Shown piece after piece: positions 50,486 to 59,877 of a stretch of DNA of 64,000 nt (its first letter is position 1; each line of letters opens with the position of its first letter). The notes beneath the pieces were generated by a model. The model was not told where the DNA came from and made no database searches. It worked only from the letters and a program-made list of their open reading frames with translations. Position numbers and translations under genes: made by a program. Origin of the DNA: an uncultured archaeon (GTDB lineage: Archaea > Thermoproteota > Bathyarchaeia > Bathyarchaeales > Bathycorpusculaceae); contig CAWALK010000012.1 in the NCBI GenBank assembly GCA_963782915.1, positions 160,001 through 224,000 of the forward strand, written 5' to 3'.

Positions 50486-51472
50486 ATGGCCAGCCAATTC
50501 GTAATCGAGACAAAAGACCTTAGAAAAACCTTTGCGTCTAAAGAGCATGGTGTAAAAAAAGAGGTTGAAGCCGTAAAAGGCATCAATTTAACAGTTAGCA
50601 GAGGCGAAATCTTCGGTTTCTTGGGTCCAAATGGCGCTGGCAAATCTACCACTCAAAAGATGCTTTCCACACTAATGTGTCCGAGCAATGGTGAAGCCAA
50701 GGTTCTTGGGTATGACTTGGTGAAACAACAGGAGCAGATTCGACAGAACGTTGGATGTGTAAGTCAAGCAGGCGGAGCAGATTTAGCTTCTACCGGTACC
50801 GAAAACTTGGTTCTTCAAGCCCAACTCTACGGTATAGCTGCTGAAACCGCCAAAAAATCAGCCGCTGAATTTTCAGAGCGATTCCAAATGAGCTCATTCA
50901 TAGATAGAGCAGCGTCAACTTATTCTGGCGGGCAAAAACGTCGATTAGACATCGCTCTTGGAATGATCCATCACCCTCAACTGCTCCTTCTTGACGAGCC
51001 CACAACGGGTCTTGATCCCCAAAGCCGAGCATATCTATGGGAAGAGATAAAGAAACTCAAAACCGACGGAGTCACCATTTTCCTAACCACACAATACATG
51101 GATGAAGCCGACAAGCTGTGTGATACAATAGCCATTATGGACCATGGCAAAGTCATTGTCACCGGGACACCGGAGCAGCTGAAAGATTCGGTTGGCGGCG
51201 ACACCATAGTATTCAGTTTCACCTCGGAAGACACCGCAAAGAAAGCTGAAACTCTGCTAACAGGGCAAGTCAACTATGAACAAATCCGGACAACCAACAG
51301 CTCCGTATATCTAACAATAAAAAATGGTGAACGTGCCATGCCCGATCTTCTGCGTTTGCTTGATGGCTACAACCTGCAAGTGCAGGGAGTCACACTTTCT
51401 AGGCCAAGTTTAGACGATGTTTTCTTGAAATATACCGGGCGTTCACTTAGAGAGGACGGAAAACCACAATGA
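50486..51472 (+). CDS. DrrA-type ABC transporter ATP-binding protein
   Basis: GPNGAGKS, YSGGQ, LLLDEPT.GLDP. Confidence 0.93.
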   Translation: MASQFVIETKDLRKTFASKEHGVKKEVEAVKGINLTVSRGEIFGFLGPNGAGKSTTQKMLSTLMCPSNGEAKVLGYDLVKQQEQIRQNVGCVSQAGGADLASTGTENLVLQAQLYGIAAETAKKSAAEFSERFQMSSFIDRAASTYSGGQKRRLDIALGMIHHPQLLLLDEPTTGLDPQSRAYLWEEIKKLKTDGVTIFLTTQYMDEADKLCDTIAIMDHGKVIVTGTPEQLKDSVGGDTIVFSFTSEDTAKKAETLLTGQVNYEQIRTTNSSVYLTIKNGERAMPDLLRLLDGYNLQVQGVTLSRPSLDDVFLKYTGRSLREDGKPQ

Positions 51473-52230
51473 AGCTCTTAACTGACACTAAATTGATGTT
51501 TCTCAATAGCATGCGGCATACTCTCAAGAGTCCAGTTTTCATTTTGGTAAGCATGTTCCAGCCCTTGATGTACTTGTTTCTGTATATGCCCCTTCTAAGC
51601 GGTTTAGGAAATGCCCCGGGATTATCAGGAGGAAACACCGCCAACGTTTTCATACCTGGGCTCTTGGTTATGCAGGCAATCTTCGGCTGTGCATTCGTCG
51701 GGTTTGCATTAATCGATGATATCCGCTCAGGCGTTATCCACCGTTACCTTGTTACCCCCGTGAGCCGCTCCTCGATTCTATTGGGCAGAGTTCTGCGCGA
51801 TGCAGTTATCCTGCTTGCCCAATGCATACTCATTACGTTGGTTGCGATTCCTTTCGGTTTAACTGTAAGCGTGCCGGGCTTCGCATTATCTCTGGTTCTC
51901 TACGCATTGATTGGCATAACCATGTCAAGCATTTCCTATGGGTTTGCGCTCATCTATAAAGTTGAAGATGCCCTCGCACCTACCATGAACACCCTAACAC
52001 TGCCTATATCCTTGCTTTCAGGCATCATATTGCCTTTGGCGCTTGCGCCATTGTGGCTTCAATACCTTGCGAAAGCTGATCCTTTCTCATACGGCGTTGA
52101 TGCGGTGCGTGCATTGTTTGTTGGAGACTTCCAAAACATCGGTATACTCTACGGTTTTGTTATAGTGGGGGTTTTGGCGGTTGTTGTTTTCTATTGGGGG
52201 CTAAATGCTCTTAAGAAAATGGCAACTTAA
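51469..52230 (+). CDS. ABC-2/DrrB-type permease
   Basis: 6 TM segments; PG, TP.SR..I..G, P.SY.VDA.R. Confidence 0.92.
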   Translation: MKLLTDTKLMFLNSMRHTLKSPVFILVSMFQPLMYLFLYMPLLSGLGNAPGLSGGNTANVFIPGLLVMQAIFGCAFVGFALIDDIRSGVIHRYLVTPVSRSSILLGRVLRDAVILLAQCILITLVAIPFGLTVSVPGFALSLVLYALIGITMSSISYGFALIYKVEDALAPTMNTLTLPISLLSGIILPLALAPLWLQYLAKADPFSYGVDAVRALFVGDFQNIGILYGFVIVGVLAVVVFYWGLNALKKMAT

Positions 52231-52425
52231 CAGCCCAACCCATTGCCGTAGCCGGCAGGCACAAAAAAGTTGAGGACCAATAAATATTATGTTTTCATAA
52301 AGCTTTAGAGCTAAACCCAACAATAGATGAGTGGGTTAAGAGGGAATGTATCTGATGGTTCGCCATCACGCATGCATCTCCACAAAACTCTTATCCCCTT
52401 CTCCTCAAAAGCAAAACCGCGTATT

Positions 52426-52587
52426 CTATCTTGACATTTTTTCTTGCAGATGAGCCGTTGAGCAGTGGCGGTCCCATTCGGCTATGGAATCGAATGTTTT
52501 GTTGTCGGCTAAGCAGAGGTATTTGCCGTCTGGGGTTCGTTTTGGTCCTAAGTTGGCTTTGTTGGTTCGTTTAAATGGTTGTGACAA
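52426..52587 (-). CDS. small C2H2-like zinc-finger protein (53 aa, not in ORF track)
   Basis: YLCLADNKTFDSIAEWDRHCSTAH; GGAGGTGA RBS and TTG start. Confidence 0.65.
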   Translation of the reverse strand: MSQPFKRTNKANLGPKRTPDGKYLCLADNKTFDSIAEWDRHCSTAHLQEKMSR

Positions 52588-52720
52588 AAATTCACCTCCA
52601 ATCTATCTCCAGCAGAACACAGAGCGTAGAAAAAACTTTTGTGACTGCAAAAAGAAACACCACTCGGACGCAATGCTTTAGGGAGACACTCAAGTTCGCC
52701 ATTAAAATTTAAGGAAAAGT

Positions 52721-53026
52721 TTAGCAGGTTTTTTTTCCGCAGAGCTTCATTTCTTCCAAGTCATAGAAAGTGTTGACGAATTCGTCGATGCTTGCTTCCA
52801 AGGCTTTTTGTCCTTTTTCTGTGAGTGAGTAGCGTTTGTTTTCGTCTACTTTGAGTATGTCTGTTTTGTGTAGGTTTTTTAGGACTGGGTATATGGTTCC
52901 TGGGCTTGGTTTTTTTCCTCGTCGTTTTTCTAGTTCTTGGGCGATTTCTGCGCCGGTTTTTGGGTCTTTGCGTACTAGCCATGCTATGAGGAAGGAGAGT
53001 AATCCTTTGGAGCCACATTCGGTCAT
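52721..53026 (-). CDS. PadR family transcriptional regulator
   Basis: G.EI, PSPGTIYP.L, Y.LTEKG. Confidence 0.9.
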   Translation of the reverse strand: MTECGSKGLLSFLIAWLVRKDPKTGAEIAQELEKRRGKKPSPGTIYPVLKNLHKTDILKVDENKRYSLTEKGQKALEASIDEFVNTFYDLEEMKLCGKKTC

Positions 53027-53070
53027 AGGTAGTCGTTTGGGGTTGTTGATATTAAAGTTTGTTGGGTGGT

Positions 53071-53128
53071 TATCGGGTTTGCGATATATTTATATCTGCA
53101 TTTATCGCATAACCAATATCGTAAACCC
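53071..53128. promoter_or_regulatory. palindromic operators around a TATA box (candidate PadR sites)
   Basis: TATCG-N6-CGATA 53071-53086; TATCG-N6-CAATA 53103-53118; 13-bp inverted repeat 53075-53087/53116-53128. Confidence 0.7.
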
Positions 53129-53154
53129 AATACAATCCGCTTGGAGAAAAACCC

Positions 53155-53952
53155 ATGACCCACAAAATATACTATTTCTCCGCAACAGGCAACTCACTAC
53201 AAATTACCCACCAACTATCAAAAAAACTAACCGACTGCACAATAAAATCAATGGCAACCCAACCCCCCGACCAACCAGTCGGTGGACCCACAGAATCCGT
53301 CGGCTTCGTATTCCCCGTCTACTACTTCGGCATACCCCGAATAGTCAAACGATTCGTCGAAAACCTCCCAATACTCTCAGAAACCTACTGCTTCGCAATC
53401 ACAAACTTTGGAGCAACCCCACTCGACACATTAGGCATGCTCGATGACATCCTCCAAAAGAAAAATCTGCACTTGTCCTATGCTGACGGAGTAGCGATGC
53501 CCGACAATTACATCCCCCGCTACGACGCAGTTGCACCTGAAAAAGCCCAAAAAATGCTAGAAACCGCAGCCAGCAGAATCGATGAAGCCGCCCAAGACAT
53601 CACCCAACGAAAACTAAAACCAGTAAAAAGAAAAGCCAAGTTACTGGGAAAAACAGTGAGCCGTCTTACCTTATACAGGGATATCTCGGGGTACGACAAA
53701 AAATTTGCAGCAAACAGCAACTGCGTCGGCTGCGGATTATGCAGCCAAATATGCCCAGTAGGCAACATAAAGCTCGAGGACCAGCACCCGGTTTGGCAAC
53801 ACAACTGTGAACGATGCATGGCATGCATTCATTGGTGCCCCAGCGAAGCAATCCAGTACGGCAAAAAAACGGTTGAGCGAACCAGATACCATAATCCAAG
53901 CGTTAAGGCTAAGGATATTGTCGAGGGAAATCGAGGGCTTTTGAGTTCCTAG
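53155..53952 (+). CDS. EFR1-family flavodoxin-ferredoxin fusion
   Basis: YFSATGNS, FPVY, MPDNY, two CxxCxxCxxxCP motifs. Confidence 0.9.
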   Translation: MTHKIYYFSATGNSLQITHQLSKKLTDCTIKSMATQPPDQPVGGPTESVGFVFPVYYFGIPRIVKRFVENLPILSETYCFAITNFGATPLDTLGMLDDILQKKNLHLSYADGVAMPDNYIPRYDAVAPEKAQKMLETAASRIDEAAQDITQRKLKPVKRKAKLLGKTVSRLTLYRDISGYDKKFAANSNCVGCGLCSQICPVGNIKLEDQHPVWQHNCERCMACIHWCPSEAIQYGKKTVERTRYHNPSVKAKDIVEGNRGLLSS

Positions 53953-54026
53953 TAATCATGTTTTGGTAAATTAACGGCAGTCTAATAAGCACAAAAAACC
54001 AATCAGTGCCTTAGGAGACCCTGCAT

Positions 54027-55456
54027 TTGAAAGTCCTCTTCATCGAGCCGCCCAAAGACATATGGTTTGTCATGGGCGAATACCTGCCGCCGCCCTATGG
54101 CATCATCCAACTCGCCGCCTACCTGGAAAAAGCAAGTCGAAAATGTCCAGCTGGAGATTTTGGATTGCAACGCAGAAAAGATTGATTGGAAAATGATGGA
54201 GACGCGTATCTCCGCTTCTAACCCGGATGTAGTGGCTTGCGCTTCCTTGGCTACTTGTAACACTTATGCTGTTGTGAAAACTCTTGAAACCGCTAAACGA
54301 ATGGCACCAAAAGCCCTCACCGTAACAGGCGGGCAACACTTTACTGCAACAGCCCAGGACAGCCTTCAACGTTACCCCGAAATCGATGTCATCATCCGAA
54401 ATGAGGGTGAACAGACTTTAGCTGAATTAGTAAAAGCCCGCCAAAGCGGTGCAGGTTTCCAAAACATTGCTAGGCATCTCCTATCAGAAACGGCACAGCA
54501 ATCACACATAACCCGCCAAGACCCCTGATTGCAAACCTCGAGGACCTGCCGTTTCCAGGCTACCACCTCGTCAAAGAAAACATGCCCAAATACCACTTCT
54601 CCGATTATGGCGGGCAAAAATGCGCCCTACGCACTCATCGAGGGAGCAAGGGGATGCAACCACCAATGCACCTTCTGCACTCAGTGGCGGCATTGGCAAG
54701 CTTGCTGGCGCCTAAAACCTGCGAAGCGTATTGCAGACGAAATGGCGTATGTTAATCGGGAGTTTGGCAGCCAAATGATCTGGTTAACCGACGACAACTT
54801 TGGAACCGGGCAGCGCCCCGCCGAGATTGCGGAGGAAATCATCGCCAAACAATTACCTAAAGACGTGACATGGTTTGTTCAAGCCAGATGCGACGATATA
54901 ATCCGCAACAAAGACATTCTGCCCCGATTGGCTAAATCAGGGTTAAACTGGGTGCTGCTCGGAGTAGAAAATTCGAGTCCCTCCACGTTGGATTACTTCA
55001 AAAAAGGCATCACACCCAACGATGCAAAAACGGCGGTGAAACTGCTACAAGACAACGGCATCTTCGCCCACGCCATGGTCATCATCGGAAACCGCAAAGA
55101 CACCCACCAATCCATCCTTCAACTCAGAGAATTCGCCAACGATTTAGACCCCGACTTCATAATGTTTGGCATCTTAACGCCTTTCCCCGGCACAGAAGTC
55201 TACGCTGAAGCAGAACGCAACGGCTGGATAGAAGACCGCAACTGGAACCACTATGACATGATCCACGCCATAATGCCCACCGAAACACTCTACCACCCAT
55301 CAAGTACAAGAGGAACTCTATGGCTGCTACCGTGGCTTCTACGGCTCTTGGAACAGGCGATTAGGCGGATTCTTCTCAAGTAACCCAATGAAACGGCGCA
55401 CTTTTAGGCATATGGCAACTTGGGGCGTGACGGGCAAAATAAAATCGATGTTCTAG
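54027..55456 (+). CDS. B12-binding radical SAM protein (several frameshifts)
   Basis: PP.G...LAAYL, GGQH.T, EGE; RGCNHQCTFC, DDNF, GVE, TPFPGT. Confidence 0.85.
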
Positions 55457-55465
55457 GCGAACACT

Positions 55466-56158
55466 TTGCCGCAACCTGTGTCTTCCAAGTTTTTCTTGCT
55501 CTTCTTAGTGGCTGTTTCAATTGTTGGGTTAGCGCTTGTGCCGCTTCTTTTGCTTCAACCTAACCTGCAAGGAGACCTGTCACCTCTTAGACAACCCCTC
55601 GTAAGTGCACTGTACGGTGTAGTCTGCGTTTTGGGCATAGTTGCGGTGTTTTATCCGGGTAGATGCCGTTTGATGTTCCAAAAACCAGCCGCTTCCCCCA
55701 ACCCACAGAAAACTGCTTCTTCGGCCGTAGGGTTTAGGGGGCACCATCCAGACTGCGAAAAATTCGAGGCTAATCGGATTGCATTCAGGGGTTCGGTTTT
55801 TTGTGCTGCATGCACTGGCTTGCTGATTGGGGCAATAGCTGCTATGGCGGGGATAGTCTTGTTTTCTTTAGGCTACTTTAGTTTAGGTGCTGGAAATCTT
55901 TGGGTTTTGGCAGCTGGAGAAGTGTTGATGCTTGTGGGGTTAGCTCAAATAAAATTGGGCGGTTACATCAAAATGGCTGTGAATGCCCTGTTTGTGGTTG
56001 GCTCCTGCATAGTTTTGGTTGCGGCGGATTTGGCTGCTGGGAGCTTTCTGGTTGATGCGTATGTGCTTGGGTTGATCGTTTTTATGTTGTGGTTTAGGAT
56101 TTTGCTCTCAGAATGGAACAATAAAAAAACTTGTTTGATGTGTGGGCGTTGCGTTTAA
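55466..56158 (+). CDS. multi-TM membrane protein with HHPxC and CxxC motifs
   Basis: GHHPDC, FCAAC.G, C-terminal CxxC. Confidence 0.7.
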   Translation: MPQPVSSKFFLLFLVAVSIVGLALVPLLLLQPNLQGDLSPLRQPLVSALYGVVCVLGIVAVFYPGRCRLMFQKPAASPNPQKTASSAVGFRGHHPDCEKFEANRIAFRGSVFCAACTGLLIGAIAAMAGIVLFSLGYFSLGAGNLWVLAAGEVLMLVGLAQIKLGGYIKMAVNALFVVGSCIVLVAADLAAGSFLVDAYVLGLIVFMLWFRILLSEWNNKKTCLMCGRCV

Positions 56159-56502
56159 GATGGGGTTGGGGGGCGTTCGCGGTATCGTCTTTGCCTATAC
56201 AATGCGCCTAAAACGAGCAGTATGCCGAAGATGATTATTATGAATGGCCAGATATCTATTGATATTTGGTATGCCGCTTGCAAGAATAGGCTTAACCCAA
56301 CAAGGATTACGATGACGCCTATGACAAGAGTTACAATCATGCCGCCGTTTGGTAAGCCGAAGCATTCGTTTTCCATTCGCCGGTAGTGTTCTCGGTCGCT
56401 TCCGGGGTAACGTTGGCCGACTGTGTAGAGGGGTGCGCCGCAGTTTGTACAGTTGGTGTTGGTGTCTGCGTTTTGGGTGCCACATTTGCTGCAATAAACC
56501 AT
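56155..56502 (-). CDS. zinc-ribbon plus 2-TM protein
   Basis: YCSKCG..N.....CTNCGAPL; ECFGLP motif. Confidence 0.82.
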   Translation of the reverse strand: MVYCSKCGTQNADTNTNCTNCGAPLYTVGQRYPGSDREHYRRMENECFGLPNGGMIVTLVIGVIVILVGLSLFLQAAYQISIDIWPFIIIIFGILLVLGALYRQRRYRERPPTPS

Positions 56503-56639
56503 TAGGAATTCCTCAATCATGAGTAACCCCGTTTTGCCTTTAAGACTTGCGGTTACAAGAAATTCTGGAAAATCAGCTGTTTAGATTAAGAGATTAATTT
56601 TTCGACATTTTTGCCCTTCAAGCACTAAAAGAAATTTAT

Positions 56640-56684
56640 TAGGACCTTGGGATTTGAACCGACATCTATAGAACCCAGGGCTAT
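56640..56684 (-). repeat. degenerate tRNA-Pro 3'-half copy (att-like site 3)
   Basis: GGATTTGAACCG-N3-TCTATAGA-CCCA-G-CTA aligns with 59134-59167. Confidence 0.7.
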
Positions 56685-56716
56685 CCCCACATGGCGCGGT
56701 GCCATTAAGATAAAAA

Positions 56717-56926
56717 CTAACTATTCCTCTCGGGTCTTTTGTCTTTGAAGCCGGTCAGCCTTCTTCTTCTTGCGCTTGTCATCTCTGCCTTTCTTCGTTT
56801 CCGGTTTAGGTTTTGACCTGTCTTGTTGTCCTGTTTCGCCTTTCTTTGACATTTACAATTTCTTCCTACATAAAAGAAGTGGCTTCTTCTTGTTCTTGAA
56901 GGTATCCTTGCATTCTTGCACATCAA
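56717..56926 (-). CDS. small Arg/Lys-rich hypothetical protein
   Basis: 69-aa highly basic ORF; no family recognised. Confidence 0.35.
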   Translation of the reverse strand: MMCKNARIPSRTRRSHFFYVGRNCKCQRKAKQDNKTGQNLNRKRRKAEMTSARRRRLTGFKDKRPERNS

Positions 56927-57041
56927 AGGAGTAACCTCAATATTTTTTTATTTTATAAAAAATTAGCAAGCGTAGAATATCAATTTCAATGGTACAAAGT
57001 CTTAAATCCGCATAACAATAAACATCGGCTTGAGTAATGCT

Positions 57042-57246
57042 ATGAAATGCCCTTCTTGCGATCAAACACTTAAACGAACAGAGGGTGTATGCGGCGAGTA
57101 CACTCTGCCTTAATCCCCAATGCCCTGAAAACAAGAAACCACACATAGGGGCATACAAAGGGTTTTTCGGGCTTACTCAAGCAGAAATATGCCAAAATTA
57201 TAATGCATCATTTACTAAAAAATCGATGGAAGAAATAAGAAAATAA
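57042..57246 (+). CDS. small zinc-finger protein, frameshifted near 57103 (error or pseudogene)
   Basis: MKCPSC...EY / CLNPQCPENK... Confidence 0.5.
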
Positions 57247-57283
57247 TAGCCAACCCTAAAATAAGATAGGTGAGCTATAAATT

Positions 57284-57436
57284 ATGGAATTGAGGATGAA
57301 AATTTTGACAAACGTTTTATGTACATGTTCTAATTGTGGCAGCAACCACATTGATGAGGATGAAGATATCGTTAAGTGCCTTGATTGTGGCATGGGCAAG
57401 TATAAGCAGGATAGGCATAAGAAATATTTTGTTTAA
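57284..57436 (+). CDS. small TFIIB-type zinc-ribbon protein (50 aa)
   Basis: CSNCGS....DEDEDIVKCLDCG; AGGTGA RBS. Confidence 0.65.
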   Translation: MELRMKILTNVLCTCSNCGSNHIDEDEDIVKCLDCGMGKYKQDRHKKYFV

Positions 57437-57509
57437 TTGCAAAAATAATGATTTTGAAAATAGAAAATTGCGTTTTTTATCTTTTTCTAATTTAGTGATA
57501 TCTCGACGA

Positions 57510-57542
57510 ATTGTGGGTCTCCCGATTTAAAACCGGGGTCTA
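57510..57542 (-). repeat. degenerate tRNA-Pro 3'-end copy (att-like site 2)
   Basis: ATTGTGGGTCTCCCGATTTAAAACCGGGGTCTA versus ATTGGTGGGGCCTCCCGGATTTGAACCGGAGTCTA. Confidence 0.6.
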
Positions 57543-57642
57543 AACCTATCATCAATTGGTCAATTCGAAAATGATATGGTTAAACATTGAAAGTTGAATT
57601 GAAAACTTTAACTCTGCTCATGTCTACATAAGGCTCCAAGAT

Positions 57643-58152
57643 ATGGTTGCCATGCATTTTGAAAACGTCATATTTCCCGACTCTCTAAGCTTCCACTGCA
57701 AATGCTGCGGAGTCTGCTGTAGAGACCAACCACCAGATATTAATTTGAAAGAACAACAAAAAATAGAAGCTAAAGGCTTCGTGGATTTTTTAGAAGCACC
57801 TAACGATCCTCAAAACAGGAATATCCGCAAAAAACAAGATGGAAGCTGCATTTTCTTTACCGAAGAAAACACATGTAAGATTCATGACGTCAAACCGTCG
57901 ATATGCAGTTTGGAGCCATTCATCATAACAGACTTTGATCCTAAAACAAACAAGATATTTGTGGACTTAAATCCGCTTGCAGCCAAAAACTGCAAAGGCA
58001 TCTCTAAGGGCGAAATGGTTGCTCCAGAAGAAATCGCAAAAGCTGCCCAAACAATCGTGAAAGACTGTTTAGAAATAGTCGCTGTAAAAACGGGGCTTCC
58101 GGTTACAGATAAGAGGGTTGCTTCATTAACAAGGAAATTATTGTGTCTTTGA
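57643..58152 (+). CDS. YkgJ family (CxxCxxCC) Fe-S/Zn cluster protein
   Basis: CKCCGVCC, C.FF....C.IH..KP..C...PF. Confidence 0.88.
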   Translation: MVAMHFENVIFPDSLSFHCKCCGVCCRDQPPDINLKEQQKIEAKGFVDFLEAPNDPQNRNIRKKQDGSCIFFTEENTCKIHDVKPSICSLEPFIITDFDPKTNKIFVDLNPLAAKNCKGISKGEMVAPEEIAKAAQTIVKDCLEIVAVKTGLPVTDKRVASLTRKLLCL

Positions 58153-58226
58153 TTACAATGAATTGTTGAGCTTCAATTTGCAGCTAATCTTTTTGGTGTT
58201 TTATTTAGCCGTCTAACAGGCTTGAA

Positions 58227-58360
58227 CTGCTTGCAGAATCAGCCACAACCAGCCTGCAACCGCCAAAACATGCCCACACCAAAACAGCCGCTGCAGCCAA
58301 GCCTGCTGGTTGTTGTTGAAATAAGAGGGGCCCACAGCAACAACTAACATAAAAAAACAA
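58227..58360. repeat. dispersed repeat family A copy
   Basis: CCACAACCAGCCTGCAAC...AAGCCTGCTGGTTGTTG...CAACAAC...AAAAAAACAA. Confidence 0.8.
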
Positions 58361-58377
58361 GCAATTCAGAAGTGATG

Positions 58378-58428
58378 GATTGGTGGGGTCTCCTGGATTT
58401 GAACCGGCGTCTATAGAGCCAAGTCTAC
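58378..58428 (-). repeat. tRNA-Pro 3'-half duplicate (att-like site 1)
   Basis: 48/52 identical to 59117-59168 (anticodon stem to CCA+ATC). Confidence 0.9.
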
Positions 58429-58444
58429 TCCACCCGGCAGGCGC

Positions 58445-59074
58445 TTAATGAAAATATCTCCCGCCGAACAAAATATAGAAAACAGTCACGAAAATATACA
58501 ACCCTAAACTAACTACAGGAGCCCCAAACGAAAACGCCGTGGCTAACCCATAAACCGTAGGTCCCACAAGAGCGATCTTACTCCTTTTTGAGATTACTTC
58601 TAGGTCGGGTTCCTCGTGGGTTAAATGCCGTATTCGAGGATAGAACCAAAGAACATTGAACAGTATCGAAATCGCCAAAGCGTTTAACCCATAAGTGAAC
58701 ACGGCAACAGGTTGCATAGGGTATCTTCCCAGCAATGCCGTAGAGAAGGGTGCAAGCGCGATACTCATCAGCAAGAGAATATTGATCCACAAAACTTTCA
58801 GGTCGACCACTTCAATATGTCTTAGCATGTTTTGATGGCTTATCCAAAGAACCCCCAGGAAGACAAAAGTGATGATATAAGCGAAGAAGTCGGGAAGTAA
58901 GCCGTAAAGGTCGGCTTCAAGTGTGGCTTCGGTGCTCGGGCCAGTTATTGTTGGTACTACTAAGCTTAGGACTAAAATGGTCATGACGGTTGCAAATAAA
59001 CCGTCGGCGAGAGTTTCTATTCTGTCTATAGTAAAGCCGTAAGAATTCTTAGGTGGCATTTTATGCGAAAACAC
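58445..59074 (-). CDS. TMEM175 (DUF1211) family channel
   Basis: R.E...DG.F...MT.LVL, W..H, N...L......PF.T. Confidence 0.88.
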   Translation of the reverse strand: MFSHKMPPKNSYGFTIDRIETLADGLFATVMTILVLSLVVPTITGPSTEATLEADLYGLLPDFFAYIITFVFLGVLWISHQNMLRHIEVVDLKVLWINILLLMSIALAPFSTALLGRYPMQPVAVFTYGLNALAISILFNVLWFYPRIRHLTHEEPDLEVISKRSKIALVGPTVYGLATAFSFGAPVVSLGLYIFVTVFYILFGGRYFH

Positions 59075-59119
59075 CTCTAAAACGCTATCATTTTAACTGT
59101 CTAAAAGCTAAAAGTTGAT

Positions 59120-59197
59120 TGGTGGGGCCTCCCGGATTTGAACCGGAGTCTATAGAGCCCAAGTCTACAAGCCTGGACCAAGCTAGCCGAAGGCCCC
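59120..59197 (-). tRNA. tRNA-Pro(TGG), intronless, CCA encoded
   Basis: cloverleaf: GGGGCCT/AGGCCCC acceptor, GTAGA-CT-TGG-GC-TCTAT anticodon arm, GGTTCAAATCC T-arm. Confidence 0.93.
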
Positions 59198-59306
59198 ACA
59201 CAGTGTTGGTGGAACAGTATTTCCCCTGCACCCATAAAAACCTTGTCAAAACCCAAACCGAAACCGTTGCAGGAAACAGCGGTTGATGGGCGTTGAGCAT
59301 CCTTTT

Positions 59307-59477
59307 TTATGGTGCTTTTATTTCTAATCGGTTTTTGGTTTTGGCTTGTACGAATCTGTAGCGGGGGCAAGTGTAGCAGTTGCGGTCGCTGCAGTAGAGT
59401 GCGATTTTTTCGGGGATTTTGGCTGAGTTTAGGAGTGCGCTGCATGTTTTTTTGCTTGTAAGGTATCGGCATGCCAT
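59307..59477 (-). CDS. small Cys-rich protein (56 aa, not in ORF track)
   Basis: MACRYL....C...YC....CYTCPRY; GGTGA RBS. Confidence 0.6.
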   Translation of the reverse strand: MACRYLTSKKTCSALLNSAKIPEKIALYCSDRNCYTCPRYRFVQAKTKNRLEIKAP

Positions 59478-59877
59478 TCTTAATCACCGTTTGGAATGGG
59501 TGGTTCCTAAATGTGGGAGAAGAAAACTATTGTTCATGGTTGCTTTGGTTGATGGGTTGTGGGTTTTCTCCGATTTTTTGTGGTTTTTGGTTTTGTTTGG
59601 CTTGCATAAAAAGTTCCACCTTTAGTTAAACTTCTAAAAAGTATTAACTAAACTATTGGTGAAAAGCACTCATAAAGGTAGCGGTTGCTTATCTGCCAAA
59701 AACCATGAATAAACAACTTTTTTGATATCACCCGTTTGCTGGGAGGGGGTTCGTCTTGGGTTTTTGCGGTTTTTATGTAAGGTGACCCTCGCCATTAGTC
59801 AGCTAATAGAAAAAAAAAGAAAACAAACCAAGCTGACTTCTCGACGACCCTAACAGCAAGATTAACCCAAGAAGCAA

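Noticed and set aside
6943-57246. About 16 frameshifts (xpd, clp1, aglB, rsmB, GH, methyltransferase, radical SAM and others) as programmed frameshifting or mass pseudogenisation
   Set aside because: They are scattered single-base indels with no shared slippery motif and they hit core genes without accumulated nonsense codons; long-read assembly error is the simplest explanation. Read re-mapping would settle it.
58378-58428. Split tRNA half or second tRNA gene
   Set aside because: There is no matching separate 5' half or visible trans-splicing leader, the T-stem and acceptor carry mismatches, and an intact tRNA-Pro lies 740 bp away; an att-like duplicate fits better.
45778-59120. The whole rpoN-to-tRNA-Pro region as a single 13-kb integrated island
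   Set aside because: No integrase was found and no tRNA-derived repeat was seen left of 56640, so the boundary cannot be supported.
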